This document shows positions 50,681 through 59,719 of a DNA stretch of 60,743 nucleotides, piece by piece (the first letter of the stretch is position 1; each line of letters begins with the position of its first letter). This DNA is from a virus (taxonomy: Duplodnaviria; Caudoviricetes), in the IMG/VR virus record IMGVR_UViG_3300037851_000839, positions 1-60,743 of that record; one strand, written 5' to 3'. The notes beneath the pieces are model-generated. The model saw only the letters and a program-made list of their open reading frames with translations, ran no database searches and was not told the DNA's origin. The position numbers and the translations under genes are program-made.

Positions 50681-52498
50681 CTACCCTCCTTCTGCTTCTG
50701 CTTGTGGTTCTGCTTCTTCTTGCTGAGACCCTCCCATCTTATCATCTGACTTTGGTTCGTCAAGCGGGATGATGGTAGACAGGTCGATGCCCTGCGACCT
50801 GAGGACGGACTCGGCGAGCTGGCGGATGCCGTTCTCGGGGGGCTCCGCGCGTTCCAGAAGTTCGGCGTCTGGGTCGCGCACGCCTTCGATCTGCGCCTTC
50901 TTGAGGCCGAGCACGTCGGCGATGACCGGATCGCTGCCCTCCTCGGAGACCAGGAAGTAGGCGACGACAGGGTCCTGCTGTCCGTCGCGGTACACGCGCC
51001 CGACGCACTGCTCGTGGACGCCGGGTGACCAGTCCAGCTCACCGAAGACGACCGTTCGGCACACGTGCTGGAGACCGTCCAAGCCGGCGCCGGCCCTGAG
51101 GCTCATGATGAGGATGTTGGTGTCGCCCTCGATGAAGTCGGCCCTGGCCTTCTCCTTCTGGGTCGGACTCTCCTGCCCGGTGAACAGCCCGACCTTCAAG
51201 CCGTGAGCCTTGAAGCGGTCGATCCAGACTTGGTAGACGGCGTGGTGCCAGCCGTAGAGGACGACCTTCTCTCCGGACTCGGCGATCATCCGCACGAACT
51301 CGGCGACGAACGGAGCCTTGGCCAGCCCGGTCGCCTGCCGCATCTTCCAGTCCAGCTCGCCCCCCGCCTTCATCCGATCGAAGGTCGAGCCCTGCTTCTC
51401 CAGCAAGAACCTGGCGAGGGCGACGGCGCTCGACTTCACCTTGTCGAGCACCTTCGCGTCGGAATCGACGTAGTGCGGCGTGCGCGTCAGCGCCGGCAGC
51501 TCCCTGCCCACGTCGCGCCTCGTTCGGCGGATCATGAGCCCCTGCTCCCTGAGGTACGTGCCGAACGCCTTGGGATCTCCGACCCTGCCGCGCCCCTGCA
51601 TGTCCATGGTGTTGTTGCACCACTCGCGGACGAACTCGATCTTGGACCCGAGGGCGTCGGGGTTCAGGACGTTGATCACGTTCCAGAACTCCGACCCGTA
51701 GTTGTAGATCGGCGTGGCCGACAGCCCGATGCGGAACGACGCCGCGCTGGCGATGTGCTCGGCCGCCCTGTACTTGTCCGAGCCGTCGTGACGCAGCTCT
51801 TGGACTTCGTCGAAGACGACGCTGCGCATGATGCCGGAGAGCACGTGCCTCCAGCCCGAGAGCTTGTGGTAGTTGATGATCAGCACGTCGGGGAACTCTG
51901 GCTCGATGAGCGAGAGCTGCCCCTTCTTCGGCTTGTTGAGGACGATGTCGTACGGCGTCCCCTTCTTGACGATGTGCGTCGTGAGCGACGGCGCGAACTT
52001 CTTGATCTCCCGCTCCCACTGCTTCGGAAGGTGGGTCAGCGTCACCACCAGGGCCGGCCTGGTCCTGGGATCGGTCATGGCGCCGATCGCCATCGCCGTC
52101 TTGCCGATGCCCAGCTCGTCGGCGATCAGCAGCCCTCTCACCCGGAGAGCCAGGTCCGACGCCACGCGCTGGTAGTGCCTCATCGGCACCGCCAGCTCGA
52201 TCGGCTTCGGCTCCATCCGGCCCGAGAGGATCCCGGAGAACGCGTCCGCACGGGCGTCGTAGGTCTTGGCGGACTGGAGTAGGTGCGCGCGATGCTCCGG
52301 TGCCACTCCGAGTGGGTACCGCTCCATGAACCAGAGCAGGTCCTTGCAGACCTCCTCCGAGTCACGAAGCTCCATCACCCCGAGCTTGAACTGGGCGCGC
52401 GTGAAGACCCTTCGGATCTTCATCATCACGTGCGGCTCCGCGTGGATCGTCCACGTGTTGCCTTCGAGGATCATCGACCCGTAGGTGCGGACGGTCAT
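50681..52498 (-). CDS. SNF2/HARP-like helicase
   Basis: ADELGIGKT, VFDEVQ, LSATPIYN, GAGLDGLQ, ELDWSPG..EQCVGRVYRDGQ. Confidence 0.92.
   Translation of the reverse strand: MTVRTYGSMILEGNTWTIHAEPHVMMKIRRVFTRAQFKLGVMELRDSEEVCKDLLWFMERYPLGVAPEHRAHLLQSAKTYDARADAFSGILSGRMEPKPIELAVPMRHYQRVASDLALRVRGLLIADELGIGKTAMAIGAMTDPRTRPALVVTLTHLPKQWEREIKKFAPSLTTHIVKKGTPYDIVLNKPKKGQLSLIEPEFPDVLIINYHKLSGWRHVLSGIMRSVVFDEVQELRHDGSDKYRAAEHIASAASFRIGLSATPIYNYGSEFWNVINVLNPDALGSKIEFVREWCNNTMDMQGRGRVGDPKAFGTYLREQGLMIRRTRRDVGRELPALTRTPHYVDSDAKVLDKVKSSAVALARFLLEKQGSTFDRMKAGGELDWKMRQATGLAKAPFVAEFVRMIAESGEKVVLYGWHHAVYQVWIDRFKAHGLKVGLFTGQESPTQKEKARADFIEGDTNILIMSLRAGAGLDGLQHVCRTVVFGELDWSPGVHEQCVGRVYRDGQQDPVVAYFLVSEEGSDPVIADVLGLKKAQIEGVRDPDAELLERAEPPENGIRQLAESVLRSQGIDLSTIIPLDEPKSDDKMGGSQQEEAEPQAEAEGG
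50736..50763 (-). promoter_or_regulatory. Promoter TTGACG-N16-TAAGAT upstream of ParB-like gene
   Basis: Motif family. Confidence 0.6.
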
Positions 52499-52500
52499 GC

Positions 52501-52860
52501 TCAGAACGCGCTGGTGAAGAGGTAGACGACCCACACCGGCTTCCCCTCCATCTCGCGAGGGAGGTCCCGGTGCGACGACCGCGACGTGACGACCACGATG
52601 CCGCTCACCGCCTCGTGCTTGAGGTAGCGGAGCACCTGGTACCCGAGGTCGCTGACCGAGCCGTCGATCTTCACCTCGATGCCCAGCCCGCCATCGACCA
52701 TGAAGTCGAGGCGGGACTGGGCGTCGAGACGAAACTCCCGCTGGTGCGGGATCGACCGCTCCTCCAGCAGCTTGGCGATGCCGCGCTGGAGGTCGTCCTC
52801 GGAGGTGAACCGAAACCGTGTCTGCCGGAGAGCCTCCAGCAGGGTCTTCGGTTCCTGCAC
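52501..52860 (-). CDS. PD-(D/E)XK nuclease
   Basis: SEDDLQ, RE..L....RLDF......IEVK, QVLRY. Confidence 0.8.
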   Translation of the reverse strand: MQEPKTLLEALRQTRFRFTSEDDLQRGIAKLLEERSIPHQREFRLDAQSRLDFMVDGGLGIEVKIDGSVSDLGYQVLRYLKHEAVSGIVVVTSRSSHRDLPREMEGKPVWVVYLFTSAF

Positions 52861-53157
52861 TCAGCCCTCGCTGAGGCCGGCCTTCTTGAGGTCCTCCGCC
52901 GAGTAGAGCTTCCCGGCCTCGCGGCTGGCGCGCCTGGCGGCCTGGAGGGCCATCGTGCGCCGCTGCGCGGCCTTGTCCTTCGCGGCCTTGATCTGCTCGT
53001 CGAGCTTGGCGATCTGAGCGTCGGCCTCCTCGGCCTCCTTCTCGAAGGACATCACCGTGTCGATGATGCCCTTGCCCCACGCCCCGCCCTTGTCGGGCAG
53101 GCCGTCGATCCACGAGACGAGGTCGAGAGCGCTCTTCTTCTCCGCCTTCTTCGGCAT
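52861..53157 (-). CDS. Small coiled-coil protein
   Basis: AAGGAG SD; 98 aa. Confidence 0.55.
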   Translation of the reverse strand: MPKKAEKKSALDLVSWIDGLPDKGGAWGKGIIDTVMSFEKEAEEADAQIAKLDEQIKAAKDKAAQRRTMALQAARRASREAGKLYSAEDLKKAGLSEG

Positions 53158-53262
53158 CTGCTTCTCCTTCTTCGCGGTGGTTCTTCCGCGATTGGAAGTG
53201 CCATCGTACACTGTCAGGAGCCAGGGCTCAACCGCTTGGAAGGAAGAAGGAGCAGATCGGAC

Positions 53263-53583
53263 ATGGGTGAACCCGTCCCGATGAAGAAGTTGAAGTCGAG
53301 AACGCTCGACGAGGCGGTGGACGAGCTGGAGTTCATGCTCTCCACCATGTGCAAGTCGATCGTCGATCACCCGGCCGACATCGTCATCGGTCGCGCCGTG
53401 TCGCCGACCGGCTTCGTGGCTTTCGAGGTCACCTGCCGGGAGGAAGAGGCTGGGTCCCTGGTCGGCAAGCGTGGCGCCAACGCCGAGGCCATGCGGCTGC
53501 TCCTCATGGCCGCGGCGGCTGCCCGCGGGATCAGGGTGACCGTCCAGCTCATGTCCGCCCACGGCGGCATGGCGCGCAGGTGA
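53263..53583 (+). CDS. khpA: KH-domain RNA-binding protein (KhpA-like)
   Basis: KSIVDHP..I, E.GSLVGKRG.NAEAMR.LL (GxxG loop). Confidence 0.8.
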   Translation: MGEPVPMKKLKSRTLDEAVDELEFMLSTMCKSIVDHPADIVIGRAVSPTGFVAFEVTCREEEAGSLVGKRGANAEAMRLLLMAAAAARGIRVTVQLMSAHGGMARR

Positions 53584-53587
53584 CCAC

Positions 53588-54340
53588 GTGGACCGCGTCC
53601 CGACGATCGACATGGGTGTGTTGGGCGTGGTCCTCTCCGACCCCGAGGTGATCGCCGTGTTCCCCGAGCTGTCGTCCACCATCCTCCCGCACGCCCAGGA
53701 GATCCGCTTCTACCGGGGCGACGACCTGGACATCGGCGTCCAGATCCAGAACGACCTCGACCCGCCGGACAAGGTGGCGATCTCCGACTCGGTCTTGCGG
53801 TTCGCCGCCAAGATCGGAGCCGGCGGCGTCCCCACCTCCCTCCGCAACAGGGTCGTCCTGGGGAATGAAGCCGCGCTGATCGTGAAGCGGTCCTACGACC
53901 CCGAGGAGATCGAGATCGTCTCCGACACGAACGGCCAGGTCATCGTTCACGTTCGTCGAGAGGACACCTGGGACCTCCCCCTCGTCGCGGCGAGCTGGGA
54001 CCTGGAGATCACGAAGCCGGTCTCCGACATCGCTCTTCCCTCCGGGTCCGTCCTGCTCTCCGCCGGGTCCGACATCGCGATGTCCACGACCCCGTCTCTC
54101 GACTGGACGGCGCTGCGCATCCGCCCAGGAGACCTGTTCCAGGCCCAGGGCCGCACGGTGCTCGTGAGGGCGGTCCTGAGCGCCCAGCATCTCCAGGTGG
54201 ACTGGTCGGACTGGACCGCCGGCATCCTCCCGACGAGCGGCTCTCCGCCGCCGTGCTCGGACGCGGTGTGCATGTTCCGAGGGCGCACGAAGACGGTCGC
54301 GTTCGGACCGTTCGTGCCCCTCGGAGACGTGGTCCGCTGA
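53588..54340 (+). CDS. Beta-rich protein, BppU-like/virion candidate
   Basis: FYRGDD...I.IQ, F.AK, EDT..L, WDLEI pattern. Confidence 0.45.
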   Translation: MDRVPTIDMGVLGVVLSDPEVIAVFPELSSTILPHAQEIRFYRGDDLDIGVQIQNDLDPPDKVAISDSVLRFAAKIGAGGVPTSLRNRVVLGNEAALIVKRSYDPEEIEIVSDTNGQVIVHVRREDTWDLPLVAASWDLEITKPVSDIALPSGSVLLSAGSDIAMSTTPSLDWTALRIRPGDLFQAQGRTVLVRAVLSAQHLQVDWSDWTAGILPTSGSPPPCSDAVCMFRGRTKTVAFGPFVPLGDVVR

Positions 54341-54345
54341 TCATC

Positions 54346-54567
54346 TCAGGACGGATCCACACGCCTCGCGTACACGACTGACCCGTCGCTCGTGTCGGTG
54401 GTTCGCCTGAACGCCGCTCCGGGACCCGCCTCGCATCGAGTGAACGGCTGCCGGTAGTAGGCGACCTTCACGATCCACCCTCTCGTGAGGACCGTCGTGT
54501 CCCAGATGCCGTCTCGAACCGCATCTGGGACCAGCGACACGTCGATCGGTTCGTAGACGGCCACCAC
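54346..54567 (-). CDS. Small hypothetical protein
   Basis: 73-aa ORF downstream of UvrD. Confidence 0.35.
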   Translation of the reverse strand: MVAVYEPIDVSLVPDAVRDGIWDTTVLTRGWIVKVAYYRQPFTRCEAGPGAAFRRTTDTSDGSVVYARRVDPS

Positions 54568-54574
54568 GGTGGAG

Positions 54575-56728
54575 TCAGTTCTCGTCCTCGTCGCGGCTGG
54601 CCGAGTCCGTGTCCGCGCGCGTGACCGAGTCCTCGTCGTGGTAGCGGAGGTCGCCGACTTCGTCGTGGAAGACCGGCACGAGACCGGCCTCGGTGATGAA
54701 CTTCGAGGGCTCGGTCATGATGACCTTGGAACCGAGGGAGACGTTGATCACCGCCGAGACGTGGAGCAGGTCACGCGCGCGCGTGACGCCCACGTAGAAG
54801 AGCCGGCGCTCTTCCTCTTCGTCCTCGCACCGCGCGTGCGGCAGGATCCCGTCCGAGACGCCGACCAGGAAGACCACCGGCCACTCCAGGCCCTTCGAGC
54901 GATGCAGGGTGGTCAGGGTGACCTTGTTCGGGTTCTCCCCGTCGTCCTTGCGAGCGCGCTTCGACTTCTTGCCGACCTCGTCGATGTAGTCGAGCAGCTC
55001 CTTCACGGTCGGGAACCGACCGGCCGCGCGGACCAGCTCGCGGACGTTGGAGACCCGGCTGTTCTCGGTGCTCTCCTCGCCCTCGTCCTTCTCCAGCCAC
55101 GCCGTGTAGCGGGTGAGGCGGACGATGTCCTCCAGCAGCTTCGCGGGCTTGCCCAGGTTGCGCTGCTCGACCGGGGCGTCGGTCTCCGCGGCGAGCGCGA
55201 TCCCCTTGGCGGCCATGTCGATCATGTCGGCCCATTCGTACGCGCTCTCACGCTGGCGCGACTGGATGCCGGCCTGCTGGGCCACGGAGCGCACGAGTGA
55301 GGTCCAGTCGATCTTCTGGTCCGTGCCCTTGATCCGCGAGAACTCGCGACGGGCGCCGTCGGTGACCCGCTCGACGAACGCGCGACCGAGAAAGCGGAAG
55401 GGAGCGTTGATGCACTTCTCGATGTCCTCCAGCTCCCCGCGCCCATCCGCCAGGCGGAGGTAGGCGAGCAGCGAGCGAACCTCGCGGCGCTCGTAGAAGT
55501 TCGTGCCGCCGATGATCCGGTAGGGGATCCGGGCCGAGAGCATCGCTTCTTCGACCGCGCGGGACTGGGCGTTGGTCCGGTAGAGGACGGCGATGTCGCC
55601 GTACGCCTTGCCGTCCTGGGCCATCGAGAGCACGCGTGCCCCGATCTCCTGGCCCTCCGCGTCGAGGTCCTGGAAGACCTTGGTCACGATCTCGCCGACC
55701 GTGCCTCGCTCGGCGATCATCGAGATCGGGAGCCGCTGAGCCGGGTCCATCGAGTCGAGCGCCTTGTTCGCCGCGTCGATGATGACCGACCCGCACCGGT
55801 AGTTCCGGCCCATCCGCACGACCTTGGCGCCCCACGCTTCCTCGAAACCGAGGAGCTTGCTCGGCTGGGCGCCGCGCCAGGTGTAGATGGTCTGAGCGGG
55901 GTCGCCGACCAGGCAGTAGTTCCGGTGATCCTTGGCGAGCAGCTCGCCCATCATGAGCTGAGCGAGGTTCTGATCCTGGGCCTCGTCCTGGATGACGTAG
56001 TCCCAGCGCGCGGCCCAGCGGTGGCGCAGGTCCTCGTGGACCTGGAACGCCTCGACCGCGTCGAAGAGCATGTCGTCGAAGGTCAGGAGCCGGCGATCCT
56101 TCCGCAGTTCCTCGGCGCGGTGGTACGCGCGGATCAGCATCGAGGGGACCGTCTTCGCCGACGGCGCCTTGCGGTAGAACCCGCGAGCGATCTCTTCCGC
56201 TTCGTCCGAGTCGGGGCGCGCCAGCGCCGCCTTGCACTTGCCGACGAAGTCCACGATGAGGGTCACGTCCGCGACCTTCCAGTCCAGCTCCTTGTACCCG
56301 ACCGCGTCCTTGACGCAGATCCGGTACCGGTCGCGGTCGTCCACGTTCCATCCGTCGGCCATCCCCTCCTTGCGAAGGACCTCGTAGGCCAGCGAGTGGA
56401 AGGTGCCGACGCGCGCCTCCGTCTCTCCGATGAGAGCTTCGAGGCGCTCGTTCATCTCATCCGCGCCCTTGCGGGAGAAGGTCACGGCGAGGATCCGGTT
56501 CGGAGCCACCCCGCGCACGCGAACCAGGTACGCCATTCGGCGCACGATCGCGGCGGTCTTGCCGGCCCCTGCCACGGCGACCGCGAGCAGCGGTCCCTTG
56601 TCGTGGAGGACGACCTCCGTCTGCTCCGGGTTCAGGCCCTTGAGGATGTCACCCTCCGAGTTGGCCGAACCGCCCGACGCACCACGAACCAGATCTCCGA
56701 GTCCCATGATCTTCTCCTTCCGGCTCAT
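54575..56728 (-). CDS. UvrD/PcrA SF1 helicase
   Basis: LNPEQ, AVAGAGKT, DEAQD, VGDPAQTIY.WRGA, NYRC, LYRTNAQSR, TLHRSKGLEW, EERRLFYVGVTRA. Confidence 0.95.
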   Translation of the reverse strand: MSRKEKIMGLGDLVRGASGGSANSEGDILKGLNPEQTEVVLHDKGPLLAVAVAGAGKTAAIVRRMAYLVRVRGVAPNRILAVTFSRKGADEMNERLEALIGETEARVGTFHSLAYEVLRKEGMADGWNVDDRDRYRICVKDAVGYKELDWKVADVTLIVDFVGKCKAALARPDSDEAEEIARGFYRKAPSAKTVPSMLIRAYHRAEELRKDRRLLTFDDMLFDAVEAFQVHEDLRHRWAARWDYVIQDEAQDQNLAQLMMGELLAKDHRNYCLVGDPAQTIYTWRGAQPSKLLGFEEAWGAKVVRMGRNYRCGSVIIDAANKALDSMDPAQRLPISMIAERGTVGEIVTKVFQDLDAEGQEIGARVLSMAQDGKAYGDIAVLYRTNAQSRAVEEAMLSARIPYRIIGGTNFYERREVRSLLAYLRLADGRGELEDIEKCINAPFRFLGRAFVERVTDGARREFSRIKGTDQKIDWTSLVRSVAQQAGIQSRQRESAYEWADMIDMAAKGIALAAETDAPVEQRNLGKPAKLLEDIVRLTRYTAWLEKDEGEESTENSRVSNVRELVRAAGRFPTVKELLDYIDEVGKKSKRARKDDGENPNKVTLTTLHRSKGLEWPVVFLVGVSDGILPHARCEDEEEERRLFYVGVTRARDLLHVSAVINVSLGSKVIMTEPSKFITEAGLVPVFHDEVGDLRYHDEDSVTRADTDSASRDEDEN

Positions 56729-56766
56729 GCCGGGGCGAGTCGCTCATTCATCGAGCCGACAGACCC

Positions 56767-56794
56767 ATGCTAGCTTGTATCTGTCGTCTGTCAA
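56767..56794 (-). promoter_or_regulatory. Promoter TTGACA-N16-TAGCAT upstream of UvrD
   Basis: Motif family. Confidence 0.6.
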
Positions 56795-56800
56795 GAATCA

Positions 56801-57322
56801 TCACGCGGGGCGCGTTCCGCGGCATCCAGGGAACGCCGTGCAGCCCCAGAACTTGCTGTTCTGCGCCTTGTTCGTCCGGAGCTGCATCGGAGCGCCGCAC
56901 GCCGGACACGCGGTCCAGCGGCGCGCTTCGTCGTAGACCTCGCGGAGGGCGACCTTGAAGCGGTCGAGGAACGCCTCGACGCGCTTCTCGTGGGCGAGCT
57001 GGGTCGGAGCCGTCCGGTAGATGCGTCGCCCGTCGGAGAGCGGGAAGAACCGCTCCTGCCCGTCGCGGCCACGACCGATGAAGCCGATCACGAGACGAAC
57101 CGCGTCCTCGCCGCACCCGCGCACCGCGTCCTCACCGCGCGCGAGAGACGTGAAGACGCGCACCACCGTCTTCGACTGGGCGGGCTGTAGGTCCACGACG
57201 CGCTCGCGCCCGACCAACGTCTCGCCCATCCCACCACCCTTGGCGGCGACCTTCTGACCGATGTCGGTCAGCAAGCCCATGATGCTCTCCGCCGGGACCT
57301 CGACGTACCTGGTTCCTTCCAT
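56801..57322 (-). CDS. Protein with topoisomerase-type C4 Zn ribbon
   Basis: CPACGAPMQLR.......FWGCTAFPGCRGTR. Confidence 0.75.
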   Translation of the reverse strand: MEGTRYVEVPAESIMGLLTDIGQKVAAKGGGMGETLVGRERVVDLQPAQSKTVVRVFTSLARGEDAVRGCGEDAVRLVIGFIGRGRDGQERFFPLSDGRRIYRTAPTQLAHEKRVEAFLDRFKVALREVYDEARRWTACPACGAPMQLRTNKAQNSKFWGCTAFPGCRGTRPA

Positions 57323-57340
57323 GACTGACACCTCTCCAGC

Positions 57341-57368
57341 ATCTTATACTGGATTATGCGTTAGTCAA
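57341..57368 (-). promoter_or_regulatory. Promoter TTGACT-N16-TAAGAT
   Basis: Motif family. Confidence 0.65.
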
Positions 57369-57385
57369 GTGGCCCCGGGGCCAGG

Positions 57386-57634
57386 TCAGCTTGGCGGGGA
57401 GGTCTCGACCATGGCCTCGACTGCGCGTGGGTCACCGACCGAGAGGTAGAAGCACCGCAGGTGCATGTAGCCCCAGGGCTCGGACTTACCGTCCCAGTCC
57501 TCGTAGCCTTCGTCCATGCCTCGGATGCGACCCGTCTCGACCCTGACGCACTCGGGAGCCCCCTTCACGAGGTCTCCGCCGCAGCCTCGACACCGGATGG
57601 TCGGAGCGTGCTTGTGCTTGCCGTTTCCACTCAC
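57386..57634 (-). CDS. Small Zn-finger protein
   Basis: CRGCG...HLRC. Confidence 0.55.
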   Translation of the reverse strand: MSGNGKHKHAPTIRCRGCGGDLVKGAPECVRVETGRIRGMDEGYEDWDGKSEPWGYMHLRCFYLSVGDPRAVEAMVETSPPS

Positions 57635-57666
57635 ACTGACGAGTGTTGTCGGCTCAGATCACGTTG

Positions 57667-59046
57667 TCAAAGAGGGTCGTCCGGTGGCTGGTCCTGCCAG
57701 GTCCGAGAGGACCACGTGTCAGGTGTCGCGTGGAGCGCCTTCACCCCGCGGTCGTGGCACTCGCGGAACCATCGGTCGGTCGAGACGAAGGAGGTCCTCC
57801 ACGACCCGACGGTGCCGCAGCACGAGCAGGCGATGTGCGCATCGTCTTCGTTCTCGGGCTTCGAGTCCTCTCCGTGCTCGTCCAGATCCAGCCCGCGGAG
57901 CGCGCCGTACCGCTGGGTCAGGTGCATCCGGTAGGTGGCGAACTCCCACCGGACGGCGAGGAGAGGGGACGCCGTCACGAGCACCGACTCGCCGGTCACC
58001 CAGTCCTCGTCCTGTAGATCCATGGACCGGCACTCGTGGTCGAGCCCCTTGGAGATGTAGCGGGCGACCTTCTTGAGCCCTTCCAGCGAGCCGCGCGGAT
58101 CTTCGTCCTCCTCGAACTCTTCCTCCTGCTCCTTCGGCGACTTCTTCCGGTCCCCCTTCTTGCCGATGACGTTGCGAGAGACCTTCTCCAGGTGCGCGTG
58201 GCCCATGATGGGCGAGACCTTCTTGGCCAGCGCCTCCACCTTGGCGAGGTCGAGCGGCGGGCCGAAGTAGAGGATGTTCGCGTGGACCATGCCGCGCCGG
58301 CTGACCTCGATGGTCCGGATCGCGCCTGTCCCCGGGCCAGACGAGAGGAGCCTCTCCCAGACCTTCGAGCTGGCGGACGCGCAGGCGCGGGCGCGGGCCC
58401 GAAGGGCGGACCAGGAGCAGTCGTCCTCCGAGTAGGGGTCGAACTTCGTCGTGAGGGTGAGCCACCTCCAAGCGTAGTCCTTCCTGCCAGGGGGAGCCGT
58501 TACCGCGTTCCATGCCGTCCCCACCCAGTCGGAGTAACGCTGGGCCCTGAGGCGAGCGCACACCGGGCACGCCTTCGTCTTGCAGGTACGCGTACCACGG
58601 AAGGTGCCGCTCCCTCCCCTGGCCATGCCGCACCCGTCGCACCTCCGGACAGAGACGGCCTTCCCGCACGTCTTGAACCCCTCCAGCCTCTTCTGGAGAG
58701 AGAGACGCAGCGCGACATCGTCATCCCCCAGCTCCTCCTCCAGCATCATCTCCCAGAAGCGCGACGCAGCGAACCTCCACCCCTTCATCGAGGAAGAGCA
58801 GCTCCCCAAGAAGATGGGGGCCTGATTTTTTCCTCCGTCATCTAGGCGGCGCCCGAGCGATGGCTCCTTGGGCGGGGTCTTGCGGGCCGGCTTCGTGGCC
58901 TCACGAAGTGTGACACCGCGTGACGATACGTTGCATGAGCGATCGGCTTCGGGTAGATCGGTGAGCGTCACGTTCCCTGGCTTTCGTGACCTCCAGTCCG
59001 GGCACACCGAGCCCGTAACCTCCGAGCCGAGATTCCACCTCAGCAC
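57667..59046 (-). CDS. HUH-superfamily rolling-circle Rep/IS91-like protein (start uncertain)
   Basis: CDGCG...TCKTKACPVC, motif I WLTLTT, motif II variant VHANIL, motif III RYISK, YGALRG, CSCCG. Confidence 0.7.
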   Translation of the reverse strand: MLRWNLGSEVTGSVCPDWRSRKPGNVTLTDLPEADRSCNVSSRGVTLREATKPARKTPPKEPSLGRRLDDGGKNQAPIFLGSCSSSMKGWRFAASRFWEMMLEEELGDDDVALRLSLQKRLEGFKTCGKAVSVRRCDGCGMARGGSGTFRGTRTCKTKACPVCARLRAQRYSDWVGTAWNAVTAPPGRKDYAWRWLTLTTKFDPYSEDDCSWSALRARARACASASSKVWERLLSSGPGTGAIRTIEVSRRGMVHANILYFGPPLDLAKVEALAKKVSPIMGHAHLEKVSRNVIGKKGDRKKSPKEQEEEFEEDEDPRGSLEGLKKVARYISKGLDHECRSMDLQDEDWVTGESVLVTASPLLAVRWEFATYRMHLTQRYGALRGLDLDEHGEDSKPENEDDAHIACSCCGTVGSWRTSFVSTDRWFRECHDRGVKALHATPDTWSSRTWQDQPPDDPL

Positions 59047-59178
59047 GGCGGGACTGGTGTTCCTTCCTGGAGGGGAAGGGAACCGAAGCTACCGACGCGA
59101 CAATATGCGCGCAAGCCCTAAAAACATGGGCAATACGCGTTGTGTCGGTGTCGAGCGACCACCACTACAGGTGGTGTC

Positions 59179-59709
59179 TCAGCGATGCCAGCCGTGGGGG
59201 ACGACGAACGCGTCGCGGTGAGCGGCTGGATCCGGACAAGCCTCGAAGCGTCGCCGGTTGAGCCCCACGGCACGCATGAGCGATGGGTGGACCGGCACGT
59301 CGATCGCCACGCTGTACACGAGGTCGGCCTCCCATGCGGTCACGACGGCGCCGCGGGAGACGCGATCGACGATCGCGAGGAACAGCGCTTGGTCTTCCTC
59401 GAACACGTCGCGGGAGTGGCTCTTGTCGAACACGACGAGCTGCACGGCGGGCTTGCCGACGGCGGTGTGTGCGCGCGCGTTGAGCTGGTAGGTGCCCCTC
59501 GTGAGGGTGAAGGCTCCGTCCGTCACGATCCCGTGCTGCGTCCCGACCGCTGTCTCGGGCTGCTCCGCACCGAGCCATCGGATCGCCCTGGCCACTTCTC
59601 GAACGAGACCTACGGCCCCGGTCGCCTCGGTCTTGAGGCGGCTGACGATGGCGCTCTCCCTGAGCAGGAAGTCCTGCCATGGGATCGTCTGCGCGTCCGA
59701 GCTGTGCAT
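59179..59709 (-). CDS. Hypothetical protein
   Basis: ATG 59709 just after upstream stop; 176 aa. Confidence 0.5.
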   Translation of the reverse strand: MHSSDAQTIPWQDFLLRESAIVSRLKTEATGAVGLVREVARAIRWLGAEQPETAVGTQHGIVTDGAFTLTRGTYQLNARAHTAVGKPAVQLVVFDKSHSRDVFEEDQALFLAIVDRVSRGAVVTAWEADLVYSVAIDVPVHPSLMRAVGLNRRRFEACPDPAAHRDAFVVPHGWHR

Positions 59710-59719
59710 CGGTGGCCTT

